Shown piece after piece: positions 18,487 through 30,700 of a stretch of DNA of 64,000 nt. The translations under genes were made by a program, and so were the position numbers. Source of the DNA: an uncultured Latescibacterota bacterium. Its GTDB lineage: Bacteria; Latescibacterota; UBA2968. The notes beneath the pieces were generated by a model. That model saw nothing but the letters and a program-made list of their open reading frames with translations. It did not search any database and was not told where the DNA came from. Location: positions 198,394-262,393 of the forward strand of contig OY282377.1 in assembly GCA_958295785.1 (NCBI GenBank), in the 5' to 3' direction. Within the stretch, counting starts at the first letter, position 1, and the number at the start of each line of letters is the position of its first letter.

Positions 18487-21400
18487 GAATCGCTCCAACC
18501 GCGCAAGGGGGGTGCCTCGCCATTGCGGAGGGCCACGGGTTTTGCACTCACCCGCTTGCCAAATCCCTCTGCAAAAATCAGAAAATCGCTGAACCCCACG
18601 ATGCCATTGCCGTCAATATCGTACTTTGCCTCGAAACCCGGATCGCCCGTCGTTAGGCCAAACCGGCTGACGAGCAACAAAAAATCAGCGATGTCAATCG
18701 CGTTATCGCTATTAAAATCCAACTGCGCGACCCCGACACTCGTGCGAATGAGTTTCACTTGCACGGTCTTGCCATCTTGACATGTAAACGCGATCTCGGT
18801 GCGGTCCATGTTGGTTTGCACGCTGACAACGCGCACTGAGGGATGCACGCCGTCCAACCGCCACTGCCCGCGTAGGGTCACCGTCACCGTGCGCGGCGTG
18901 GTCAATTGGTTGACGACCAGCGTATTGCTCTGAAGATGCGGAGTTTGAATGGTCCAATTATGACCAAAATTCGGATCGGCGACCGACAGCAACATCCCAT
19001 CTTCTGTGTCGCGCGTCATCGCCAAAACCGGTATATCCACTTGGATGATCTCGCCCCGCGTTGGCCTCGCCGCTGTGTTGATCATCGCATAGCCCGTCGT
19101 TTTCAGTTTTGGATAATGTGCGATATGCGCCTGATCATCGTGTTGCAAAACCGCGTATTCGGGCGCGGCGGCAAATTTGCGTACCCGCCCCTGCGGTTGT
19201 TGCACCAGCACGGCGTATTGATAGGTACTATCTGCCGGCATGTTGCCGTGGTCGATCCACGCGAGGTCAAACATACCGGTCTCGCCCTGTTTGCGCCGCA
19301 CTTGTAGGCCGTTGCCATTGGGAAGCACGTAGCCATTGCCCGATGAATCCATCAGCCAAACGCCTTGCCCCGCTGTGCCGGAAAAACTGTAGGGCAGGGA
19401 ATACATCCCTTTCCCGTCTATCACAGTGGCGCGGTTTGCCGACATCGCGTTTTGGAACAAGGTCGTCACGGTATTGTGTCCGCTATCGTTATTTGTGATG
19501 CCAGATCCCAGGCAGACCAGCACCTCGTCAAAACAAAACACGGTCTTGGTCCCTCTGAAACTCGCGTTGTGTTGCGTGTCGTGCATCTTCAGCGCGAACA
19601 CGCCGTTTTCGCCTTCCATGGTCACCCCGCCCACAAATGTCTCGTCCGAAAAATTGCGATCCCTGTCCCAGGTGCCGAGCTCGGTCTCGGTCAGGCGAAT
19701 CGCTGTCGTGCCGGGCCACATGTTCCAATCCCACCCGGTTTGCACAATCCCACTCGCCTCGCGCCCCACCGGCGTGCCATTGGCATAGATCAACATCGAC
19801 CCATAGCTCAAATAGCGACCGAGCCGATTCGAATTGCCGTCCGATTCAAAATCCCAGACGTACTTGCTCCACCCTTTCATGCTCACCATCCAGTCATCGC
19901 GCCGATGAATGGAAAGCGCGCCATAAGGCATGGTCCAATGCCCAGAAGCGGGCTTGGCGGTATGGCCCTGCGCGGCAAAATCCGCCATCATTTGGACTGC
20001 GCCCGGCGAATCCAGATACATAATCCGCACAGCGACTCGGGGAAACAAATCGCCTTTGAGGAATGGCGAGTCTGGTTGCCAAAGCTGCATAAACGCGCCG
20101 GCCGATTCGGCATCGACCGGATCATAGCTCTTTGCCACGTACATGTGCGCCGGCAACAGCCTGTTGGCAATGGTCGTGCTAAACGGAAAGCGCCCCCCAA
20201 TCGCCGTGGAAATATCGTACGCATTCGCCATCGCCCGCGAGGTCAACAGCGCGTTCTTCACGTTGTCGCGCTTGTCATCGGCAACCGCGAACGGCGTGTC
20301 GTGCAACAAATACACCAGCAACGCGCCCATGTGAATCGCGTTTTGACCGTACGAATTGGCGTAGATGCCTCGGTGGTGAAAGCTGGTGTAATCGGGCTTG
20401 ATGGTGTCCAACCACCCAGGCGCGATAGACATCGCGTTGTTGAGCCACCTGATGTAGTGTTGCATCATCGCCACTTTTCGAGGCGAATCATCTATCGACA
20501 AAATTCGCAATAGGCGAAACAGGGCGACCGACCGCAAAAAATCCGCGTTCGTACCCGGATCCCATGACGCATCGTATATCTCGCCGAACAGGCTGTGCCA
20601 TTCGAGGGTCTCCAGTTCCCGCGCCAACTTTCCCCTTGCGCGCAGGGTATCGCGCATCAAAAACACGGAATTGGCATAGCCGGACACGCGCAAAAATGCG
20701 TGGTACATCGTGCCAATGCTGCTGCCGGCGGCCCAGCCTTGATCGTTGAGATAGTCGAAAACATCCAACGCACGGTCTTTCGCCTGTCGGTTGTTGTTCA
20801 AGCGAAAATCCAGTGCCAAGTACAACAACGGCCCTTGAAAAATATCGTCAAAATGCGGGCGATATGGCGACCGGTTCGAAAACAGCGGCATGCCCAAAAT
20901 CCGGCCGTCGTTCTCGCGGATTACATTGAACTGCTCGAAATTGCGATGCCCGTTCTCGATAGAGGTCGTCAGCGCGGTGAGCCGAATCTGTACAGGCTCC
21001 CGCATATCTGCCTTCACATTATTGCCCAAAACCCAAGTCTCGTAGCGATTGGAAATCGTCGCAAAAGCGGTCCGTTGATCTGCTGTAATAGTCGCGGGCA
21101 CGGACGCGGCGGGCAGCGTGTTTCTGTGCCAGCGGAGTTCGCGGTTTCGCATGGTGCCGCCATTGACAAATGGCACCTGCACATCGGGCAGGGCGCGGCG
21201 AATGCTGTTGGTGACGACCATTTCCATCAGATCCAGATATACAGAACCCGTATTGTTTGGCGCGCCGATATCAAACGCCGTCACCCGGCCTGCAGGTCCT
21301 GTATAAGCCGCACGGGTCGCGTCGCGCGGCAGATCGATCCACATCGCCCGCCACCCCGTAAAACCCAAGCCAAACTCAAATTGGTAGCGCGGATTATTTG

Positions 21401-21737
21401 TCGCCAATTCGGATTCCGTTCCAAACCGAAAGGTCAGCACCGAATCCGCTATCGCCTGTTCGAGGTACACCCATGCCCGAAATGCGGTCAAGGCCGTGTT
21501 GCGCCCAGGCTCGGGATCCGTGAACAAAAGGCGATTGCGGTTCTGCCACGTCCACGCCAGGGATTGTCGCCCCGTTTTGTAATGGCGCGACGAGACCGAT
21601 AATTGGCTACCCGCATCCGCCCGATAGCCCGGCGACAGACTCGCCTCCTCAAAATCGTAGTGCCACGGCGTGTCCTGTGCCATTGCAGAATGCGCGAGCG
21701 CGAGGCTTGCGAGAAGTATCCATTTGTAGAGGTGCAT
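18483..21737 (-). CDS. chondroitinase ABC-like polysaccharide lyase (PL8-type) with C-terminal dockerin-like module
   Basis: Signal peptide MHLYKWILLASLALAHSAMA. IKPDYTSFHHRGIYANSYGQNAIHMGALLVYLLHDTPFAV resembles, from memory, the catalytic His/Tyr segment of Proteus chondroitinase ABC I. C-terminal DFNSDNAIDIADFLLLVSRFG...YDIDGNGIVGFSDFLIFAEGFG. Confidence 0.7.
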   Translation of the reverse strand: MHLYKWILLASLALAHSAMAQDTPWHYDFEEASLSPGYRADAGSQLSVSSRHYKTGRQSLAWTWQNRNRLLFTDPEPGRNTALTAFRAWVYLEQAIADSVLTFRFGTESELATNNPRYQFEFGLGFTGWRAMWIDLPRDATRAAYTGPAGRVTAFDIGAPNNTGSVYLDLMEMVVTNSIRRALPDVQVPFVNGGTMRNRELRWHRNTLPAASVPATITADQRTAFATISNRYETWVLGNNVKADMREPVQIRLTALTTSIENGHRNFEQFNVIRENDGRILGMPLFSNRSPYRPHFDDIFQGPLLYLALDFRLNNNRQAKDRALDVFDYLNDQGWAAGSSIGTMYHAFLRVSGYANSVFLMRDTLRARGKLARELETLEWHSLFGEIYDASWDPGTNADFLRSVALFRLLRILSIDDSPRKVAMMQHYIRWLNNAMSIAPGWLDTIKPDYTSFHHRGIYANSYGQNAIHMGALLVYLLHDTPFAVADDKRDNVKNALLTSRAMANAYDISTAIGGRFPFSTTIANRLLPAHMYVAKSYDPVDAESAGAFMQLWQPDSPFLKGDLFPRVAVRIMYLDSPGAVQMMADFAAQGHTAKPASGHWTMPYGALSIHRRDDWMVSMKGWSKYVWDFESDGNSNRLGRYLSYGSMLIYANGTPVGREASGIVQTGWDWNMWPGTTAIRLTETELGTWDRDRNFSDETFVGGVTMEGENGVFALKMHDTQHNASFRGTKTVFCFDEVLVCLGSGITNNDSGHNTVTTLFQNAMSANRATVIDGKGMYSLPYSFSGTAGQGVWLMDSSGNGYVLPNGNGLQVRRKQGETGMFDLAWIDHGNMPADSTYQYAVLVQQPQGRVRKFAAAPEYAVLQHDDQAHIAHYPKLKTTGYAMINTAARPTRGEIIQVDIPVLAMTRDTEDGMLLSVADPNFGHNWTIQTPHLQSNTLVVNQLTTPRTVTVTLRGQWRLDGVHPSVRVVSVQTNMDRTEIAFTCQDGKTVQVKLIRTSVGVAQLDFNSDNAIDIADFLLLVSRFGLTTGDPGFEAKYDIDGNGIVGFSDFLIFAEGFGKRVSAKPVALRNGEAPPLRGWSDS

Positions 21738-21758
21738 GGGGTGCTCCTTCGGGGTAGG

Positions 21759-24700
21759 TCAAAACAGCGTGATTGATCCGCCCACCGCGATTGTGATGCC
21801 GCGATAGCCCGTGGGTACGGCGGGCGCGCTGCCCATGGTGATCGCGGTTTGATTCATCCCGGTTTGCGTCACGGTAATCGGATCGCTTTCCGCGCTTCCG
21901 CGTGGGATCGTCACTTGTGAAATGGTCATCCCATCTTCGTCCGCCAGCGTGCCGTCCGTTGCCGACAGGGCGACGGTCATGTCAAACGGCGCGCCATGGG
22001 CAATTTTGACCACAATGGCGGCAGGCCCTGCGGCATTCAAGTTTGTATTGTCCGTGCGCTCCAGCGCGAGGGTGAGGGCAAATGGCGCGCCCGTATTGCC
22101 CGACAAATCCAAAATCATCAGACTGTCCAGCCCGGTGAACACGCCATTGGGGAGGGTGCTCAACGAGTTGGTTTTCAAATTCAGAACGCGCAGGTGTGAC
22201 AAATTGGAGAATGCCCCGCTGGGAAGAGCAGCTAGCGAATTGTCGTTCAGGCCGAGGATTTGCAACTGCGACAGGCTGTCGAGCACGCCCGCGGGCAGGG
22301 CCGTCAGCGCGTTGTTGTCGAGCAAGAGTTCTCGCAAATTGGACAGGCTGTCGAGCACGCCCGCAGAGAGCGCGGTCAGGCCGTTGTCGCTAAGGCTAAG
22401 GGTTTGCAACTGCGGCAGATTTGAAAATGCGTTTGCCGGAAGCGACGTCACGCTGTTGTCGTCCAAGCTCAAAAATCGCAAACTGGACAGATCGTCGAAC
22501 ACATCCGCAGAAAGCGCGGTCAAGGCGTTGCTGTACAGGCTCAAAAATCGCAAACTGGACAGATCGTCAAACACGCCCGCGGGCAGGCTGGTCAAACCCT
22601 GGTCGTAAAAATTGAGGATTTTCAGATTGGACAGTCCGGCGAAGTCTGTGGCTTTCAAGGTGGTGATCCTCTGAACGCCCGGCGCCGCGACGTAGCGGAG
22701 ATTCAGCGAGTCGACGACCCCGGCCAAGTGTGCATCCGTGACCCCTGTGCAGGTGCCAGCGTCACTGATCACAGCCAAGAGGGCGGTTTGTACCTGTGTG
22801 GTTCGCGTGCAAATCCCCGCGGCAACCGACAGGGTAAAGGTCGTTTGCACGCGCCCGCCTTTGCCGTCATTCGCCACCACAGTGATGGCAAAGGGCGAAC
22901 CCGTGGCATTGCTCGGCGTGCCGCTGAAGGTGCGGGTCGCGGGCGTAAATGTCAGCCATGCCGGCAACCCCCTGCTCGTATAGGTCAACACATCGCCATT
23001 GGCATCGTTAAATGTGTTTTGGGGAAACGCATAAGTGAATGCCGTATTCACCAAAGCGGTCATGTCGGGAATACTCGCCTGCACGGTGGGCGCGTTATTC
23101 GTCACGGTCAAAGAAAAAGTCTGCGTCGCGCTGAGGCCATCGGGATCCGTGGCCGTCACGGTGACTGTAGCAATCCCCGCGCTTAACGGTGTTATCGTCA
23201 CCACAGAACCCGTCGCGCTCAGGCTTGCCAAACTCGGAACGCTCGCGGTCGCGCCAAAGGTCAGTGCGTCGCTGTCGGGGTCGCTGAACGCGCTCGCCAC
23301 ATCCACGCTCGCGGCAGAACCGCCCATGGCCACGGTCACATCGCCTATTGCCCCCACGGACTCGGGCGCGCGATTTGCCACAGTCCCAAACAGAATGAGC
23401 GAATTGCCCAAAGCGGTTTGAATCCCATCGTAGCCGGCTGGCACGCCCGGGCGTTCGCCCAACCGCACCGTTGCCACCATCCCTCCGACTTGCGTGACGG
23501 TGATCGGCGCGCTTTCCGTATTGCCTTTTGCAATGGTCGCCTTTTCACTTGACAGGGTGCCGCCCGTTATCGACAAGCCAACGGACATATCAAACGGCGC
23601 GCCTTGGGCGACTTTGACCTTGAGCGTGGCAGGGCCCGACGCGGTCAAACTCGCGTTGTCCGTGCGTTCTAGCACGAGGGTAAAGACAAAATCCGATCCC
23701 GGGTTGCTTGACAAATTGAGGCGATTCAGACTGGACAACCCCTTGAACACGCCATCGGGCAGGGCATTCAGCGAATTGCTCGCGAGGTTCAGGGATTGAA
23801 GATTGGACAGGCCCTTGAACGCGCTATCGGGCAACGCGGTCAGCGAGTTGTCGTTCAGATTCAAAATTTGAAGATGCGACAGTCGCTTAAACGCACTATC
23901 GGGCAGGGCGTTCAACGCATTGTCGTTCAAATGCAGGGATCGCAGATTGTCCAATCCCTTGAACGCGCTATCGGGCAACGCGGTCAAACGATTGTCATTC
24001 AGATGCAGGGTTTGCAAATTGTCCAGTCGCTTAAACGCGCTATCTGGCAACGCACGCAACATATTGCTGTTCAGATACAGGATTTTGAGATTGGACAGGC
24101 CCTTGAACGCGCTATCGGGCAGGGCGCTCAACGTGTTGTCATTCAGGCGCAGGGTTTGCAAACTGTCTAAGCCCTTGAACGCGCTATCGGGCAACGCGGT
24201 CAAACGATTGCTGTTCAGATGCAGGGTTTGCAGATGCGGCAAATCGTAAAACGCCGTATCGGGCAGGGTGCTCAACGTGTTGTTGTCCATCAGCAGGGTT
24301 TGCAGACTGTCCATCCCCGCAAACACGGTATCGGGCAGGGTGCTCAACCTGTTGTCGTTCAGATGCAGGGTTTTCAGACTGTCCAGACTGGCAAACACCG
24401 TGTCCGGGAGAGTTGTCAACCGGTTTCGGTAAAGACTCAGAAATCTCAAATTGGACAGACTGGCAAACACGGTATCGGGCAGGGTGCTCAACCTGTTGTC
24501 GTAAAGCCACAGGGTTTTCAAGTTGGACAACCCCGAAAAATCGCCCATCTGCAAAGTGCTGAGGGTCTGATTGCTGAGATCCATCGTCCCGGTCACGGAT
24601 TGCAAGTGCGTGTCTGTGACCAAGGCGCAGTCCGATACGCCATTCACCGCAGATACAATGGCATTGCTCACGGCTGTCGTGCGCCCACATATTCCCGGCG

Positions 24701-27700
24701 CCCACAGGGTGAGCGGGTTGCCCACGGCGGTTGCGATGCCTTGATAAGTGGAGGGCACTGTGGGCGCAGTGCCCAAACTGATCTCGACCGAACTCCCCCC
24801 ACTTTGCGTCACCGTGATCGGTCCGCTTTCGATGTTGCCTTTTGAAATGGTCGCCATTGTATTCGACAGCGTGCCACCCGTTACCGACAGATTGACGGTC
24901 ATATCAAACGGCGCGCCCTCGGCAACTTTGACCGCAACTGTGGCAGGCCCTGAGGCATTCAAGTCTGCATTGTCTGTGCGTTCTAGCACCAGCGTGAGGG
25001 TGAAATCAGAGCCAACATTATTATGCAATTCCAACCGGGTCAGGCCGGACAAGCCGAAGAACATACTATCGGGAAGTGTTTGCAACCTGTTGTTGTTTAG
25101 TGTCAGCCTATCCAAGTTGGACAAGTTGGAGAATGCCTTGCTGGGGAGTGTGTTCAACTCATTGCGATGGAGACGCAGGGTTCGCAAGCTGGACAAGTCG
25201 GAAAATATGCCCGCGGGCAGTGTGGTCAAATTGTTTTGGTCAATACGCAGGACGTTCAAGCTGGACAATCCCGAGAAATCTCCTGCCTTCAAGGCGGTGA
25301 TGCTCTTGTGGCGAAAATCCAATATTCCAGTGATTCCGGACAGATGCGTAGCCGTGACCTGAGCGCAATTTGATTGACCGACAATTTTGGCGAGGATCGT
25401 ATCTTGAACCACCTGTGTGCGCCCACATATTCCCGCGGTCACCACATCGTCATTGCGGATCGTCAGCGTCACATTGGCCGGATTGGTCACGCCTTGGCTG
25501 TTCTGCGCGGTCGCCGATACGGTCACGGACTTGTCCGGTGCGTTCACATTGTTGTTCACCGCCGAAATCGTCACGGTGCCGGTGCTCGTTGTCTGACCGG
25601 CCGCAATGGTCAGCGTCTTGTTGCTGCTCAACATGAAATCGCCCGCCACGGTGTTCGCGCCAGGGGTTGCTGTCACAGTGATCGTCGTGACCGCACTCGA
25701 GGCCCGGTTCAATGTCGCGGTCACTGTCGTCGATCCGCCGTTCTCAGAAATCGACGTACTCGACAATGCCAGTGTTACTGTCGGTGTGCCATCGTCATCG
25801 GTGATGGTCAATGTCACTGATGACGGATCAGTTATACCTTGGCTGTTATTCGCCGAACCCGAAACGGTCACTGACTTATCTGGCTCATCTTGGTCGTTGT
25901 TCACCGCCGAAATTGTCACGGTGCCCGTACTCGTTGTCTGACCGGCCGCAATGGTCAGCGTCTTGTCCGTACTCAACATGAAATCGTTCGCCACGGTGTT
26001 CGCGCCAGGGGTTGCCGTCACGGTGATCGTCGTGACCGCACTCGAGGCTCGGTTCAATGTCGCGGTCACTGTCGTCGATCCGCCGTTCTCAGAAATCGAC
26101 GTACTCGACAATGCCAGCGTTACTGTCGGTGCGCCATCGTCATCGGTGATCGTCAACGTCACATTGGCCGGCGCGGTTATGCCTTGACTGTTCTGTGCGG
26201 TCGCCGATACGGTCACAGATTTGTCCGGTGCGTTCACATTGTTATTGTTCGCCGAAATTGTCACGGTGCCGGTGCTCGCCGTCTGACCGGCCGCAATGGT
26301 CAGCGTCTTGTTGCTACTCAACATGAAATCGCCCGCCACTGCGTTTGTTCCCGGTGCTGCGGACACAGTGATCGTCGTGATCGCACTCGAGGCCCGGTTC
26401 AATGTCGCGGTCACTGTCGTCGATCCGCCGTTCTCAGAAATCGACGTACTCGACAATGCCAGCGTCACACTCGGTGTGCCATCGTCATCGGTGATCGTCA
26501 GCGTCACATTGGATGGCGCGTTCACGCCTTGGCTGTTTTGTGCGGTCGCCGATACGGTCACAGATTTGTCCGGTGCGTTCACATTGTTATTGTTCGCCGT
26601 GATTGTCACGGTGCCCGTGCTCGTCGTCTGACCGGCCGCAATGGTCAGCGTCTTGTCCGTACTCAACATGAAATCGTTCGCCACCGCGTTTGTTCCCGGT
26701 GCTGCGGATACAGTGATCGTCGTGACCGCACTCGAGGCCCGGTTCAATGTCGCGGTCACTGTCGTCGATCCGCCGTTCTCAGAAATCGACGTACTCGACA
26801 ATGCCAGCGTCACTGTCGGTGTGCCATCGTCATCGGTGATCGTCAGCGTCACTGAAGACGGATCAGTTATACCTTGGCTGTTATTCGCCGAACCCGAAAC
26901 GGTCACTGACTTATCTGGCTCATCTTGGTCGTTGTTCACCGCCGAAATTGTCACGGTGCCCGTACTCGTTGTCTGACCGGCCGCAATGGTCAGCGTCTTG
27001 TCCGTACTCAACATGAAATCGTTCGCCACGGTGTTCGCGCCAGGGGTTGCCGTCACGGTGATCGTCGTGACCGCACTCGAGGCGCGGTTCAATGTCGCAG
27101 TCACTGTCGTCGATCCGCCGTTCTCAGAAATCGACGTACTTGACAATGCCAGCGTCACACTCGGCGTGCCATCGTCATCGGTGATCGTCAATGTCACATT
27201 GGCCGGCGCGGTTATACCTTGGCTGTTCTGCGCGGTCGCCGATACGGTCACAGATTTGTCCGGTGTGTTCACATTGTTATTGTTCGCCGTGATTGTCACG
27301 GTGCCCGTGCTCGTCGTCTGACCGGCCGCGATAGTCAGCGTCTTGCTACTGCTCAACGTGAAATCGCCCGCCACCGCGTTTGTTCCCGGCGCTGCGGATA
27401 CAGTGATCGTCGTGACCGCACTCGACGCTCGGTTCAATGTCGCGGTCACTGTCGTCGATCCGCCGTTCTCAGAAATCGACATACTTGACAATGCCAGCGT
27501 TACTGTCGGTGCGCCATCGTCATCGGTGATCGTCAACGTCACATTGGCCGGCGCGGTTATGCCTTGACTGTTCTGTGCGGTCGCCGATACGGTCACAGAT
27601 TTGTCCGGTGCGTTCACATTGTTATTGTTCGCCGTGATTGTCACGGTGCCCGTACTCGTCGTCTGACCGGCCGCAATGGTCAGCGTCTTGTCCGTACTCA

Positions 27701-30700
27701 ACATGAAATCGTTCGCCACCGCGTTTGTTCCCGGTGCTACGGACACAGTGATCGTCGTGACCGCACTCGACGCTCGGTTCAATGTCGCGGTCACTGTCGT
27801 CGATCCGCCGTTCTCAGAAATCGACATACTCGACAATGCCAGCGTCACACTCGGCTTTGGATCGTCATCGGTGATCGTCAATGTCACTGATGACGGATCA
27901 GTTATACCTTGGCTGTTATTCGCCGAACCCGAAACGGTCACTGACTTATCTGGCTCATCTTGGTCGTTGTTCACTGCCGAAATCGTCACGGTGCCGGTGC
28001 TCGTCGTCTGACCGGCCGCGATAGTCAGCGTGTTGCTACTGCTCAACATGAAATCGTTCGCCACCGCGTTTGTTCCCGGTGCTGCGGACACAGTGATCGT
28101 CGTGATCGCACTCGAGGCGCGGTTCAATGTCGCGGTCACTGTCGTCGATCCGCCGTTCTCAGAAATCGACATACTCGACAATGCCAGCGTTACTGTCGGC
28201 TTGGCATCGTCATCAGTGATGGTCAATGTCACTGATGACGGATCAGTTATACCTTGGCTGTTATTCGCCGAACCCGAAACGGTCACTGACTTATCTGGCT
28301 CATCTTGGTCGTTGTTCACCGCCGAAATCGTCACGGTGCCCGTGCTCGTCGTCTGACCGGCCGCAATGGTCAGCGTCTTGTCCGTACTCAACATGAAATC
28401 GCCCGCCACCGCGTTTGTTCCCGGCGCTGCGGATACAGTGATCGTCGTGATCGCACTCGAGGCGCGGTTCAATGTCGCGGTCACTGTCGTCGATCCGCCG
28501 TTCTCAGAAATCGACATACTCGACAATGCCAGCGTTACTGTCGGTGTGCCATCGTCATCGGTGATCGTCAGCGTCACATTGGCCGGCGCGGTTATACCTT
28601 GGCTGTTCTGCGCGGTCGCCGATACGGTCACAGATTTGTCCGGTGTGTTCACATTGTTATTGTTCGCCGTGATTGTCACGGTGCCCGTGCTCGTCGTCTG
28701 ACCGGCCGCAATGGTCAGCGTCTTGTCCGTACTCAACATGAAATCGCCCGCCACCGCGTTTGTTCCCGGTGCTGCGGATACAGTGATCGTCGTGATCGCA
28801 CTCGAGGCGCGGTTCAATGTCGCGGTCACTGTCGTCGATCCGCCGTTCTCAGAAATCGACGTACTCGACAATGCCAGCATTACTGTCGGCTTTGGATCGT
28901 CATCAGTAATCGTCCCTGTGCCAGTAGCTGTTGCGATAGTGGCATTGGATGGATTGCTCAACTGGACGATCACCGTTTCGTTTGGCTCGTCAAGTGCATC
29001 GCCTGTCACGGATACGTCTATGGTCTTGCTCGTCTGACCGGCAGTGAAGGTCAATGTGCCAGCGGTCAATGCCGTGTAGTCCGTCCCTAAAGTCGCCGTG
29101 CCTGTCCCGGCATCCGAATAGGCGACAGTCACCTGTTGACCACTTGCCGGACTCAACGTCACTGTGAAGCGCAACGTCACTGAGCCAGTGTTCCCTTCCG
29201 CAACACTCGGCGAGTTGATCAACAAGGCGGGGACGCTGAAGGTCGTCCCACTACCTGAATCGGACCAATCGCCCGTGCCTTCATTATTGGTCGCACGCAC
29301 GCGAACCTCATAGCCGGTATTCGCGGTCAAGCTGGTAATTGTCGTGGTTAGCCCTGTACTGCTATGGGGCCAATCGGTGAACGCGCCACTGTTGCCCACG
29401 CGATACTGCACGTCGTAATCGGTAATCGGAGGGCCTGTGTTCGTCGGGGTTGTCCAAGTCACTGTCAGACTCGTCGATGAAGCCATCGATACACTCGGCG
29501 CAACGGGCTTGCCTGGTGCCTCGCCATCCACATCGGTCAGATTGATGGTCACGGAAATCGTCGCACTGCCACCTTGACCGTCGACCACTTTCACCTTCAC
29601 AGAGTAGCTATTCTTCACCTCATAGTTGTAGGTGACACCCGTCTGGGTCTTAATCTGACCCGTGTTTGGGTCAATGTCGAAACTGGCCGCATCCATGCCT
29701 TCAAGACTATAGATTAGCGTGCCCCCATCTCTATCGGTCGCTGTTACTGGATTTCCAATATTTTGACCGGCCGCGGTGTTTTCGGGGATGCTCAAAGGCG
29801 GTGTAGAATTTGCAAATTTCGGCACATCGTTGAACGCCGATCCAACGCCATAATACGAAAAGTTGGCGGCATGGGCGCAGATCGCATTGCCATCTACGCG
29901 CTGGGTTTCGAGCATTTCCCACGTCTCTTTGTAGTAGATAATCACCGGATTGGAAATGCCCTCGGGCACCGGCAGGCAAATCTCGACAGGCGTGCGCAAA
30001 TCGCCGCCGATATTCACCTCCTCGTCATCCGCGAGGCGCGCCTTCAGGGTTATGTCAAAAATTGACGCACTCCCAGCAATGGCAAATCCCGCCTGAGCGG
30101 ATACAGCCGGGACATTGGAAACCACAGTGACTTCTGCGAAGACCTCTTCAACGGCATCCCTGATGTCGGGGGCAAGGGCCTCTTTTGTGACAACGATTTT
30201 TCCCCCTTCGCCTGTAAAACGCGAAAGTTCAATGCGCGACGCATTGTCCCCATCTTCAAAGCGCGCATACGTGCGGTTGCGGGGCGGCACATAGACCGGC
30301 GTGCCGGACACGGGTTCTGCCCAATCGCTCTCGCCCTCTGCGTTCCAAGTGCGAACGCGAATTTGGTAGAGTTGGCCGTTTTGCAGGCTTGGGTCATGGT
30401 ACCGAGGCACTTGGCCCAAGTCCTCGTAGAACGCGCTGTTGTTGGTGCGTCCGTAGATGGTCTTGCGGTTGACCCAGTCGCCCTCCTCGCCTGTGCGAAT
30501 CTCGGCGTGATACCCCTGCACGGGCGGTTTGCCGGGTTCGTCTCGCGCTGCGTGGAAGTGGGCGGTTAGGGATTGGTCGCCCGGCTGGACGGACAAATTA
30601 GAGGGCGGCAATGAGGGCGGTTCGTTCACATCCTTGACGGCGATGGTCACGGCGATGCTGTCTGCGTTGTCCCCATCGGTTGCGACCACGTTGAGGGAAA

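Noticed and set aside
25446-28895. Regular 345-bp repeats that could be mistaken for a CRISPR-like or satellite array
   Set aside because: The units are contiguous with no unique spacers. They lie in frame inside a 9.7-kb ORF and encode a recognisable Calx-beta-like domain ending in TITDDD.
25370-29090. Many plus-strand ORFs of 74-321 aa (e.g. 25890..26855, 28305..29090, and the series of 111-aa ORFs)
   Set aside because: They are antisense to the giant gene, Arg/Cys/His-rich or low-complexity, and periodic only because the sense strand is repetitive. They are typical high-GC shadow ORFs.
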